Below are positions 11,405 through 21,203 of a DNA stretch of 64,000 nt, piece after piece. The notes beneath the pieces were generated by a model. That model had not been told where the DNA came from, searched no databases, and saw only the letters and a list, made by a program, of their open reading frames with translations. Positions within the stretch are counted from its first letter, which is position 1. Each line of letters starts with the position of its first letter. Both the position numbers and the translations under genes were made by a program. This DNA comes from an uncultured Verrucomicrobiae bacterium (GTDB taxonomy: Bacteria; Verrucomicrobiota; Verrucomicrobiia; Chthoniobacterales; JAFAMB01): positions 576,001-640,000 of the forward strand of contig CAWAIK010000001.1 of the NCBI GenBank assembly GCA_963782115.1, read 5' to 3'.

Positions 11405-12124
11405 TTAATTCGATCGTAAGGTGACTTGTGGAATAGGTAGCTTCAAAGCTCTTAAGACGTCGGGGTCAATCCGTCCGGTGGTGGGCAATCCCTGTGCCTC
11501 TTGGAACGCTCGAATTGCGCGGCTGCCGTCTGGGCCGATCACTCCGTCAATCGGGCCACGGTAATAGCCCCGCCGGGAAAGCGCCCATTCTACTTTCATC
11601 GCCAGATCTTGCCAATACTGGTCACCGTAAGCCGGTGCGGAATCGGTGTACGCATCCTCGTCGGAATATCCGTAGTCGACGTATCCGTAGTCGACGTATC
11701 CGTAGTCAGGGTACCACCAATAAGGAAAACCAAACGCAACCAAATCAAAATCATTGAAGAAATGGCGATGATGGCGTTCGTCGTTATCCCGGGAATCCCC
11801 ATGGTGCCCAAAGTCGTGATTCCGGAAGCGGCCATCGTTATGACGCCAAAACCCAATTTCATTGCCGCGGCCCGCACGCAAAGGCACATCATGAGATCCG
11901 AGTCCGCGAGCGAATCCGGATGCCCTGGAAAAATGAGCGACCGTTGCTGAGTGCCCTCCCATACTGAATCCCCGACCAGCGAAGCCGCCATGAAATCCCC
12001 CGCCGTGGAAACCTCCACCGCTACTGTGGAACCCCCCACTACCAGGAGGAGCTCCGCGAGACGCGGGCGATAAGGCTAAGAATCCGATTGCTGTCAAACA
12101 GACCACCAGCGGATGCATTTTCAT
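11405..12124 (-). CDS. Secreted Gly/His-rich protein with C-terminal peptidoglycan-binding domain
   Basis: Signal peptide, GGGFH repeats and PG_binding_1-like LSRRGYYRGPIDGVIGP..RAIRAFQ..GLPTTG. Confidence 0.8.
   Translation of the reverse strand: MKMHPLVVCLTAIGFLALSPASRGAPPGSGGFHSSGGGFHGGGFHGGFAGRGFSMGGHSATVAHFSRASGFARGLGSHDVPLRAGRGNEIGFWRHNDGRFRNHDFGHHGDSRDNDERHHRHFFNDFDLVAFGFPYWWYPDYGYVDYGYVDYGYSDEDAYTDSAPAYGDQYWQDLAMKVEWALSRRGYYRGPIDGVIGPDGSRAIRAFQEAQGLPTTGRIDPDVLRALKLPIPQVTLRSN
11667..11707. repeat. 15-bp tandem repeat (2.7 copies) encoding YGYVD
   Basis: tatccgtagtcgacg twice plus tatccgtagtc. Confidence 0.85.
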
Positions 12125-12248
12125 TGATTCAACCTCTCTTTCTATAGCTTTGGAGAGAGGAAGCACGGCGCCGGTCAGACCCTTTGCCAAGCCCTTAGAT
12201 CCACCTCCGCAACGACCCTGGTAAGCGCTGCTACCACATCCATAAACA

Positions 12249-12295
12249 CGATCATGCGCTCACGTTTGTCAACATAAAATACGAGCACTTGCTCA
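12249..12295 (-). promoter_or_regulatory. Operator-TTGACA-operator promoter (palindromes related to TGAG-N6-CTCA)
   Basis: cgatcatgcgctca (12249-12262), TTGACA on minus strand (12267-12272), cgagcacttgctca (12282-12295). Confidence 0.5.
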
Positions 12296-12758
12296 CGATG
12301 TCCGGTCCGCCTATCTCCATCCAGGACCGGGACGGCTTCTGTGGGAAATGTAAATCGTGGCGGTCATAAACTCTGAGTCCTAGCCAAATCGTGAGGAACT
12401 GCTCGCAAATGCAAATCTGCAGTGCGCGCTCCAGAATGACGATCTTCCTCCAGCAAGCTCCTGCTGCGAGATGGGGCGATTTCTACGATCGAGTGATTCG
12501 GGAGCTGGTCGCTATTCTATTTGTCGCGTCGAGCGTGACACTGGGTTTTGCCCAAAACAAACGTACGGATTTAGCCTCAAATCAACCAGGGGTTGCGCCT
12601 TCTACCAACGATTGGAGGGCGTCATGAAATACACAACGCTCGAACCAGAAGGTCGCGGATTCACGCCGCACTGAATACGACTTTCCCATCGTGGACAAAG
12701 AGCGGACCTGGAATATCCATCGATGTGATGGCTCCGATCGCGAAAGTACACGGGTGTA

Positions 12759-13855
12759 TTAATTATTGCGAAAGTGCTAGCGTTATAACGTTAGGTTATG
12801 TTAGTCAGGAGCATGGATGTAGGAAAGGCAGCAGCTAAGTATGAGAAACGCAAGGATGCAGTAGAGGCTGTCATGCGAGGTGAACCAGTAAGTGTGGTAG
12901 CCAGAGTATATGCAGTGCCACAGCGAACTATCTTTGGTTGGCTTGCCAGATACCGTGCTGGAGGCTGGCACGCCTTAGAAGAGGGTCGACGCAGTGGGCG
13001 ACCTAGAAAGGTTAGTGCCGAAACAATGCAGTGGCTCTATGAGGCTATCACATTGGGAGATCCAAGGCAGTTTCAGTTGGTTTTCTGTCTGTGGACGCTC
13101 AACATCGTTCGAACAGTGTTGAAGAAAGAGAAGGGAGTGGAATTGAGTAAAAGTGCGGTTTGTCGCCTTCTGCAGTACATGGGCTTGACCCCGCAGCGGC
13201 CAATCTATCGTTCCTATAAGCAGGATCCGCAGGAATTGGAGCGTTACCTCAATAAGACCTTTCCAGAGTTGCGGGCTCTGGCGCAGCGCACGGGGGCGGA
13301 GATTTACTTCGTCGATGAATCGGCGGTGCGCAGTGATCACCATCGTGGGAGGACCTGGGCACCTATCGGACAGACGCCGGTGGTCGAAGACAGCGGAGAT
13401 CGTTTCACCCTGAAACTGATCTCCGCAGTCAGTCCCCGTGGAGACATGCGCTTTAGCGTTATCCAAGACAAGATGAACTCTGGCAAGTTCATTGCCTTCG
13501 TGAAGAAGTTGCTGGCCGATGCCGGTTGTCCCATCATCGTCATTGCCGATAACGCTGCCTATCACACCTCTGGGACGGTCCAGGCTTTTGCCGAAAAGAG
13601 CCAGGGAGCAGTCACGCTGGCTTATCTTCCGCGCTATGCCCCGGAATTCAATCCAGATGAACAGGTCTGGAATCATGCTAAAGGGCGACTGGCAAAGTTA
13701 TTCATCGACAGCAAAGCAACTCTGAAAAGCAGCATGCTTGCCATCTTACGCTCGATCCAAAAGCAGAGTGATCTCATCCGCTCGTTCTTCCAGATGGAAT
13801 TCACTTCCTACGTTCTGGGATAGGCACTAACTGCTCACACTTACGCAACGATTCA
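12759..13855 (+). mobile_element. Complete IS630-family insertion sequence
   Basis: Imperfect terminal IRs (ttaattattgcgaaagtg vs reverse complement tgaatcgttgcgtaagtg); TA at 12757-58 and 13856-57. Confidence 0.92.
12813..13823 (+). CDS. IS630 transposase
   Basis: HTH; DDE motifs FVDES, DNAAYH and LPRYAPEFNPDEQVW; AGGA RBS before MDVGK. Confidence 0.92.
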   Translation: MDVGKAAAKYEKRKDAVEAVMRGEPVSVVARVYAVPQRTIFGWLARYRAGGWHALEEGRRSGRPRKVSAETMQWLYEAITLGDPRQFQLVFCLWTLNIVRTVLKKEKGVELSKSAVCRLLQYMGLTPQRPIYRSYKQDPQELERYLNKTFPELRALAQRTGAEIYFVDESAVRSDHHRGRTWAPIGQTPVVEDSGDRFTLKLISAVSPRGDMRFSVIQDKMNSGKFIAFVKKLLADAGCPIIVIADNAAYHTSGTVQAFAEKSQGAVTLAYLPRYAPEFNPDEQVWNHAKGRLAKLFIDSKATLKSSMLAILRSIQKQSDLIRSFFQMEFTSYVLG

Positions 13856-14125
13856 TAGCCCTGCACGTCTCTCGCTCGCATGGCTCTTGGCAAAACCTGT
13901 AGTAACCTCGGTCATCATTGGCGCGAAACGCCTCGACCAGCTTCAGGACAATCTCGCGGCGATCGAACTCACACTCACCCCAGACGAGCTTAGGCAATTA
14001 GATGAGGTCAGCGCTCTTGCCCCCGAGTATCCAGGGTGGGTGCTGCCGTTCCAGGGAGCCGTCTGGGGCCAAGTGATCGCTGGGAGCGTTTACGCGAGGC
14101 GAGCAAGCCGCATTGATCCACAGTG

Positions 14126-14177
14126 TGAGCATACGCTCATCTTTTTGTTGACACATATGAGGTTCTCCTCATATTAT
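14126..14177 (+). promoter_or_regulatory. Operator-TTGACA-operator promoter upstream of TetR-HlyD
   Basis: tgagcatacgctca (14126-39), TTGACA (14148-53), tgaggttctcctca (14158-71), TATTAT; related site at 14394-14407. Confidence 0.55.
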
Positions 14178-14408
14178 TGTTACCGTGATAATAACGATCG
14201 TCCGAGATGGTTGTCGAAGCGGTAGTGTGGAAACCACGGAATCGAAGGGAGCTGAGTGGGATTGCCATCTGGACGAATGAATCGCCGGATCGATCGATTA
14301 GCAGATCGCTAGCCCGCCGTCTCGCGGCAAGGAGGTGCGCAGATCGTTAGTCATGGAGCAAAAAGCAATAGCAACAAAGTCTCGGCGATAATACGAGTAA
14401 GCGCTTAA

Positions 14409-15062
14409 ATGCAACGTGCCTCTGGTCATCTCCTACGCAAACGGCTCATCTCTTCTTGCGCCGATAAGACACGCCAACGACTCTTTGATGCTGCGACTGA
14501 AACCTTGAACAGCCGCGGCATTCAAGGAGCCACCACGCGTGAGATCGCTCGACGAGCCGGGGTTCACGAAGTCACCCTTTTCCGCCATTTCAAAAGCAAA
14601 GGGCAGCTTCTCCGTGCCATTATAAAGCGCGGCCTGGCCACGAAAGCCACAGTAATGGACGAAAATTCCTCAAGGAAGGAGAACCTGCGGGAGAGCATGG
14701 AGGAATATGGGCGTCACTACTATTCCCATTTGGAAAAAAACAAAGGCTTCGCGGGCGCGTTGCTGGCGGGTCACCTATTGCCAAAGTCGATGCAAGTACT
14801 GATCGCCGATGTGATCTGCCCGGTGCGCGAACGGCTGATCTTTATCCTCGCTGATGCTCAGAAGGGGGGCGTGGTTCGAAGTGACGTACACGTCGAAACC
14901 GCACTCGATGCCTTTAACGATGCACTCTACGCGGGGATGCTGCTACAGGGCGCATACGTCCCGAAAAATTACTCCACTGATGCCTATATATCGACCGTCG
15001 TCGAAATCTTTGTGCGTGGAATGAAAGCAGCCAACAACGGTGATTTCAGGACCGTAGAATGA
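14409..15062 (+). CDS. TetR/AcrR family regulator
   Basis: GATTREIARRAGVHEVTLFRHFKSK HTH. Confidence 0.88.
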   Translation: MQRASGHLLRKRLISSCADKTRQRLFDAATETLNSRGIQGATTREIARRAGVHEVTLFRHFKSKGQLLRAIIKRGLATKATVMDENSSRKENLRESMEEYGRHYYSHLEKNKGFAGALLAGHLLPKSMQVLIADVICPVRERLIFILADAQKGGVVRSDVHVETALDAFNDALYAGMLLQGAYVPKNYSTDAYISTVVEIFVRGMKAANNGDFRTVE

Positions 15063-15823
15063 CGGAACAAATCGAAGTAGAACGAACCAAGATCCGTACT
15101 CCGGTGCCCGATTCTAGGAGAGCGGGTAGGTCGGAAAGAGAGCATACCCCTCATTCAGCGAAGCGCGTTATAACGACGGTTATCGTCGCATTGGCATTTG
15201 TTTTTGCGGTGATCGTCGGCCTGGTCTACATGATCAATTCTGCGGCCTACCAATCCACGGATGACACCTTTATTGACGGCCATATTGTTCCGGTTTCGGC
15301 GCAGGTTGCAGGGCGGGTTGAGTCTGTTTACGTCGATGACAATCAGAGTATCAGCAAGGCTCTTTTGGTCTTAGAATTGGATCCACGCGATTTCGATGCG
15401 GTGGTTCGCCAGAAAACCGCTGCTCTGGCTAGCTCTCAAGCGCAGGCCGGCGCCACTCAAGCCGCGCTTCAAGAGGCGATCGCTCACATCAAGACAGAGC
15501 AAGCAACCGTCCAGTCTGACCAGGCAACTGCCGCCGCGGATGCTGCTCAGAATGATAAAGCTCAGAGCGACTTGGAGCGTAACGAAGAGCTCTTCAAGAC
15601 GAAGGTGGTCTCAGCCCAGGATGTCGATCAGTTCCAGGCCACAGCCAAATCCGCTCAGGCGACGTTGAATGCCGCAGAAAAGAAGGTACTAAGTGACGAA
15701 GCGTTGGTAAGCGAAGCGCGGGCCCAGGCGGATTCCTTCGCAGGGTTGCTACAAACCGTCAATGCTCAGATCCGTGAGTCGGACGCTAATACTCGTTGTA
15801 CTGTTAACAAAGACGAGAGGTGA
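15059..15823 (+). pseudogene. HlyD/EmrA-type membrane fusion protein, 3'-truncated
   Basis: TM helix, STDDTFIDGHIVPVSAQVAGRV and coiled coil; C-terminal half and MFS partner missing. Confidence 0.8.
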
Positions 15824-16077
15824 CTCACATTTATGTAACCGTGGCAATAACGCTTCCCAGAGATGATTGCTGAAGCGAATACCTTTCACAGAAGCCATTC
15901 GGCTTAACTGAAGAGAAAGAAGTTTAATGACATGGATAGATTCGAATGCGCAAAAAGCTTATCGACATTACTGATAGTCTTCGCATAACTCCCGCGCAAC
16001 GACTCCACTGATGCCTATATACTTACTGTGGTCGATATCTTTCAGCGTAAAATCGCACCAGCCAGAAGCAAACAATT

Positions 16078-16437
16078 ATGAAATTAAATGAACGGTACGA
16101 CTTTGTTCCCGCATTCGTCGGCACGTTCGGCGCGATATCTATCGGTCGCACATTTGGGCCGAATGGCGCGCAGACGGCCTTCGATGCCGCGCGGCCTCCG
16201 GCTCAAACCCCAATCACAATCTCCGTCTGGAGCTTTGGCGATACGCCAAAAGCTTTGCAAGTTTTGGCAGCTCATTTGGCTGCCCCGCCAACCCCTCGAT
16301 CCCTCGTGGCTTTGGTTCCAGCTGTAACCAGTGTCGGTGACGCATTGCGATTGCTGGATTTGCCAGACGAGGATAACGGCTGGATTCAGATTACGATGTT
16401 ACCGGGCGGCGGCCACGTCATTTTCGCGGAGCGCTAA
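16078..16437 (+). CDS. Hypothetical protein
   Basis: 119-aa ATG ORF with protein-like composition; no family recognised. Confidence 0.35.
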   Translation: MKLNERYDFVPAFVGTFGAISIGRTFGPNGAQTAFDAARPPAQTPITISVWSFGDTPKALQVLAAHLAAPPTPRSLVALVPAVTSVGDALRLLDLPDEDNGWIQITMLPGGGHVIFAER

Positions 16438-16794
16438 TCGCATCGTAAACCTTGCGCACTCGACCGCGATTGAATGAAAACGCCCCTTTTTGAGCCGCGC
16501 GAAATGGTTCGCTTCCGGGCTCTTTTGTTCTGAAAATAGTCCCGCGGCAGATGACAAAGCGAATCGCGCATGGAAGCGTTTATGCTTTGCAGTCTCTGCG
16601 TAATTCTCCTTGCGACCGCAGCGCGGCGGTAGGTTTCTGAAAGGCTCGACCAAATGCCAATGCTCGTCCTCTGGCTCAGGATACTGTCGGAAAAAGATGT
16701 TTGCTCCTTTAAATGCGCTTCTCTTGAAAAATAGTGGTCAACGGAGAAAACGACGTTATAAATATGAGTATTAGCTTACGTTGTCCAACATGAC

Positions 16795-17412
16795 ATGAAT
16801 ATGGAGTCACAAACTGAGCTTGCGCCCAGACGGATTCCGATGCAAGAGCGGGGAGAAAAACGGGTGGCGGGGTTGCTGCAAGCGGCCGCTGCGATCTTCG
16901 CCGAGGTGGGATTTGAGGCGGCGACGATGCGCGATATCGCGGAGCGTGCCGGTGGGTCGATCGGATCGCTCTACCAGTTCTTCCCCAGCAAAGACGTCGT
17001 CGCACGGGAACTCAAGACTCAATATTGCCAAGAGCTGAAGGGGCTCTGGGCCAGCTTGGTCGCCGTGAGCGCAAAGACAACGACGAGTCGTCTCGTGGAT
17101 CAGTTTCTCAATGTGACAATAAGGGCCATCGAGGAGCATCCTGCCATCATCCGGCTCATGGACGCGCCGCGCTCGACCAATCCCGCAGCCGATATCAAGG
17201 AGTCGCTCCGACAACAGCTCGTAGAATTGTTTCTTACGCGGAAGCCACGGATACCCCCGATCAAGGCGCATCGCTATGCGGAAATTACCGTCCAGATGGT
17301 GAGGGCGTTGTTCTGGCTCTACGTAGAGACCGAACCTCCCGAGCGAGAAGCGCTCGTCGCCGAGATGAAGTCTGCGCTGGTAAACTATCTGTCGCCACGC
17401 TTGGCACAATGA
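16795..17412 (+). CDS. TetR/AcrR family regulator
   Basis: RRIPMQERG and GFEAATMRDIAERAGGSIGSLYQFFPSK HTH. Confidence 0.9.
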   Translation: MNMESQTELAPRRIPMQERGEKRVAGLLQAAAAIFAEVGFEAATMRDIAERAGGSIGSLYQFFPSKDVVARELKTQYCQELKGLWASLVAVSAKTTTSRLVDQFLNVTIRAIEEHPAIIRLMDAPRSTNPAADIKESLRQQLVELFLTRKPRIPPIKAHRYAEITVQMVRALFWLYVETEPPEREALVAEMKSALVNYLSPRLAQ

Positions 17413-17879
17413 TCCGCTTGGTTGAATGATCCGATTAGAATGGAAGGAAGTAAATTTCAACATCGGGTTTGTCGAGGTTATGAGACGCAAGGCCAAGAGC
17501 AGAAGTCACCGATCGAACAAATGCACCCCAACGTGTTGCCGTGGCTGGTCGTTCCGATGGCGGTGGTGGCGTGAGATGGGGAGGGTGAGCGACATGCCTG
17601 AAGATGCGCCGAAGTTCACGCGCAAGGATGATTACGATCCGGATTCAAAACGCCTGACTGCCGACACTGATGCACCTCAGGTATCTGGAGGATGTTCGGC
17701 TTGGGGCCGTTGTGCAGATGCGGTTTCAGTTTGAGGCACTTCTGGAACACCTCGAGTCTCTACGCAGGTCGCTGGGATGAGCCGGTCTGAGACGTCACCA
17801 GATTTGTGGGGACGTATCAAAATCAGCTACCGCCATCGGATTATGTGCCTGAGAACGTCCAGGTGACCGGTGCGGCCCC

Positions 17880-18135
17880 GAACGCTAGCTAGAGGAAGAT
17901 CGTCGGCGAACGGGGCCTCGAGCATCCGGCGAACATGATCGACGGATATCGTTTCAACTTCCTTGTTGGGGCGCCTGGAGAAATCCAGCCTACTAATCGG
18001 ATTTTCGAGAAGGTACCCTCGCTTTATCCCGAAATTGAAGAAGGCTCGCAAGTGACGCATCACAAGGTTGCGTCCGCCGGACGATATGGGCGCAAGTACC
18101 GGCTCGAGATCGCGGTGCGTGATATCTGAGACCAA
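17880..18135 (-). pseudogene. Tyrosine recombinase/integrase internal fragment (core-binding region)
   Basis: RNLVMRHLRAFFNFGIKRGYLLENPI...EVETISVDHVRRML; no catalytic domain. Confidence 0.7.
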
Positions 18136-18173
18136 GCGTGTGTGCAGGCTGGGGAACCTATCCCGAGAATTCT

Positions 18174-18483
18174 CAAATATTGTGGCCTGGGAACCGCCTT
18201 ATCGATTTATCGACGACCAGATCAGGGGTCCTTTTCAGCAGTGGCATCACGAGCACATTTTCGAATCGCAGGATAACGGAACCCTCTGCCGAGACCGGGT
18301 CCATTATGCGGTTCTTGGCGGGCCTCTGGTAGATCGTTTGTTCGTGCGGCGAGATGGGGAAAAGATATTTAAGTTTCGCCGGCAAAAACTGTTGGAGCTA
18401 TTTGACAAAAATGCTGTCTCGCCTCGATAAACGGATCTGTTGTAGATCATCCCTCACGCAGCAAGCACGTTTATAACATATCT
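18174..18483 (+). repeat. Near-identical copy of 36446-36744 (SRPBCC 3' half plus downstream)
   Basis: Direct sequence identity from caaatattgtggcctggg to ataacatatct with a few substitutions and indels. Confidence 0.92.
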
Positions 18484-18485
18484 GG

Positions 18486-19415
18486 ATGCTTTGGCAGACC
18501 GCAACGGATCGGGCCGAGGAGTTAGGAAGCTGCTTAACGCTCTGCCGCTTGGAGAACCGGGCTGGGCGAAAGGAAGCATGGTTGATCCATCAAGTGTTGT
18601 TTGCACAGTTCGTGAAGAGTTTTCCTGCCCCACCCAAAGAACTCATCCTGGATTTTGATTCCACCGATGACCGGGTGCACGGCAGGCAGGTGGGCCGAAC
18701 CTTCCATGGCTACTACTACGATTATTGCTTCTTGCCGCTCTACGTCTTTTGTGGAGAACAGCTGCTGGTCAGCTACATTCGGCCCAGTAACATCGATCCA
18801 GCCATACACGCATGGGCGATCTTAGCCAAGTTAGTCAGTGCGCTCAGAGAACGCTGGCCTGAAGTCAAAATTATCCTGCGTGCCGATAGCGGGTTCTCTC
18901 GGTGGAAAATGTTACGTTGGTGCGAAGCCCACCAAGTCGACTACATCGTCGGCATCGGCAAGAATGAACGGCTCAAGGCCCTGAGCGCCAAGTTGGGAGA
19001 GCGCGCCGAACGTAAACAGGCAAAAAGCGGCGAGAAAGTCCGCCTCTTTAAACGCTTCAAGTATCGGGCCGGCAGTTGGGATAAGAAGCGATGGATTATC
19101 GCTAAAGCCGAGCACACGGCCCAAGGAGCCAACCCGCGCTTTGTGGTCACCAATCTGATCGGGAGCGCCCAAATGATCTACGATCAGCTCTACTGTGCTC
19201 GAGGTGAGATGGAAAACCGCATTAAGGAACAACAGCTCGGACTCTTTAGCGATCGCACCAGCTGTCATTACTGGTGGCCCAACCAGTTCCGGCTGCTGCT
19301 CTCCAGTTGCGCCTACTTGTTAATGGAAGCGTTGCGTCGGCTTGGCCTCAAATCCACGGACTTAGCTCGCGCTCAGGTGGGCACCATCCGGCTCAAGTTG
19401 CTTAAGGTCGGTACG
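18486..19415 (+). mobile_element. IS1380-family transposase, truncated at both ends
   Basis: LDFDSTDDRVHG, LRADSGF and YCARGEMENRIKEQQL motifs; no start or IRs seen. Confidence 0.88.
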
Positions 19416-19419
19416 GTGC

Positions 19420-19690
19420 ACTTTTTTCGTCGACACAGAACACTGCGGCGTTGAGCGGCGGCTTGAGGTACAAGCCGATGACATCGGCGGCCTTCTCTTC
19501 GAATTCCGGGTCGGTATTAGCCATATAGCGGCGCAGTCGATGGGGTTGGATCCCGGCCCGAGCCCACACCCGAGCCACCCGGCTGTGGGAAACGCCCAGA
19601 TGCGCAGCCAGCTTTCGGGTGCTCCAATGAGTCGAGCCATCGGGTGGCGCTTGCTTAGTCGCCTTCAGAATCCTGGCCCACAAAGTCCTG
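19420..19690 (-). mobile_element. IS630-family transposase internal fragment
   Basis: PPDGSTHWSTRKLA...DPEFEEKAADVIGLYLKPPLNAAVFCVDEK; fused end-to-end with IS1380. Confidence 0.8.
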
Positions 19691-19815
19691 GCTACAAGCA
19701 CAATAGCTCGATAAGACTGTCCGGCCGCCAGCCGAAGAATGACCTTCGCACGACGGTACGTCGCTTTGATCCCTCGAGATTCGGGGTTGATCGCATGGTG
19801 CGCCTGCCGGACACC

Positions 19816-20916
19816 TCATACGAGATGAAAGGCAATTGAGCGGTTCGCCAATTCATATGCCAAATCGCTGCCTGATCGGACAGGTCTATCGAACGCCGTC
19901 GTGACGCTATTACCGCAAACATCTTCGAGACTCGACGCAACACGAACGTGGTAGGACCCTGGGGCCCAAGGTAATGTCGGTGTAAAGCTCCATCGTCTTT
20001 CGCACTGATCGATGACGATCCGGCCGTCTATCGTCAGCTCAGCTGTCGATTCGATAATGATGGTCCGCGAAAGCAGTGCCCAATCTAACGGTCTTGGAAA
20101 TATAAGTACGAGCGGCTCAAGGCTCTCTGTGACGGGAGGCACGATCTTCCACTGCTCAAGCGGAGCGGGTTCCCGGACGGCCTCTGTGACGCGGAAGCGC
20201 TTGTAGAAGTTTTCCCGTAACGGACGACCGGATAAGTCAACCATCCCTGAACTGACTGCGAGCGTGTACTCCTGACCCGCCTTTAGCGGTGGGCCCAGTT
20301 CGACGTTAGGGCCTACCCCGCGTTTAAGCCTGCCAGGATCGAGAAGAATGGTCAAGTGCTGCATGGTTCTGTCCCAGAGTTCGACGGGTGCACGATAGAG
20401 TACGTCAGGCGCTGGCCGTCCATCGGGGCCGAGAAGCGCGATCTGTTCCGCTAATCGACCACGCTGCATCGAATTGGAAAAGCATACATAAAAGCGAAGT
20501 AGGTTTTCGGGCAGGGAGTCGCTTGTGGGGAAGATATGCTTGACTACCGTGGGCACGGCGCTCCGCTCTCTCGGGAGCGAGAACTCAAGCGTCAGAACTT
20601 CACAGAGTTCGGGACGAGCGAGCATCCGTGGGTCGAAGCTTACACGATAGTGGACTCCCCGTTCGAATGGAAAGTGCGGGATGTACCGAACCCCGTCTTC
20701 CAGAACTTGATAGCGGCCAAAAACGTCCGGAAGATCACCTCCCGGCGACCCTGGTTGGACGACGGTCACTCGGAATATGGACTTCAGTAGATCACTCCCT
20801 TGCGTGCATCTTCGAAGAGAAACGATCAAATCTGGATCAAGGTTGCAAACACGAATGCCCCCCGACCCGGACTTACACGTATCGGAGTCGACCATCAGCT
20901 TTGGTGGGCTAGTCAT
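19816..20916 (-). CDS. Hypothetical protein with Ig-like segments
   Basis: LPENLLRFYVCFS, ELWD..LT.LLDPGR.KRG and LEDVCGNS motifs; start placed at MTSPP. Confidence 0.7.
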   Translation of the reverse strand: MTSPPKLMVDSDTCKSGSGGIRVCNLDPDLIVSLRRCTQGSDLLKSIFRVTVVQPGSPGGDLPDVFGRYQVLEDGVRYIPHFPFERGVHYRVSFDPRMLARPELCEVLTLEFSLPRERSAVPTVVKHIFPTSDSLPENLLRFYVCFSNSMQRGRLAEQIALLGPDGRPAPDVLYRAPVELWDRTMQHLTILLDPGRLKRGVGPNVELGPPLKAGQEYTLAVSSGMVDLSGRPLRENFYKRFRVTEAVREPAPLEQWKIVPPVTESLEPLVLIFPRPLDWALLSRTIIIESTAELTIDGRIVIDQCERRWSFTPTLPWAPGSYHVRVASSLEDVCGNSVTTAFDRPVRSGSDLAYELANRSIAFHLV

Positions 20917-21203
20917 CCGGGTGTTCACGAAGTATTTTCTGCCTATGCGGCTAGACGTGTAACATACGAACTGACCGCGCAACAGCAGTCACTCGCGGTT
21001 CTGTCCAAGTACAACGCCGCGCTGAATAGCTCTGTGATGCTTTCCGCTACGGACGCGGAGGCACTGAACTTTTCAGATGGTGGCGCGATAGGTCGGAGTG
21101 GAAAGAAAGAACAATTTACAGCCGGCCGCAGCTGCCCGCGAGAGCCAGAGAACTGCATTGCGATTTTTTAGCTGCCGCCGAAAGCATCGAAGCCTAAGCC
21201 CAA

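Larger units (their letters stand above)
12645..14070 (+). pseudogene. Aldo/keto reductase C-terminal remnant split by IS630
   Basis: DFPIVDKERTW...IAKVHGC|SPARLSLAWLLAKPVVTSVIIGAKRLDQLQDNLAA; frame restored on removing the IS at TA. Confidence 0.8.

Noticed and set aside
18174..18483. DGR-like pair with 36446-36744
   Set aside because: There are few differences, they include indels and non-A positions, and no RT is present; simple duplication fits better.
20943..21158. Possible RiPP precursor (…SDCCCAVSS…)
   Set aside because: There is no modifying enzyme nearby and no convincing RBS or leader; likely a chance ORF.
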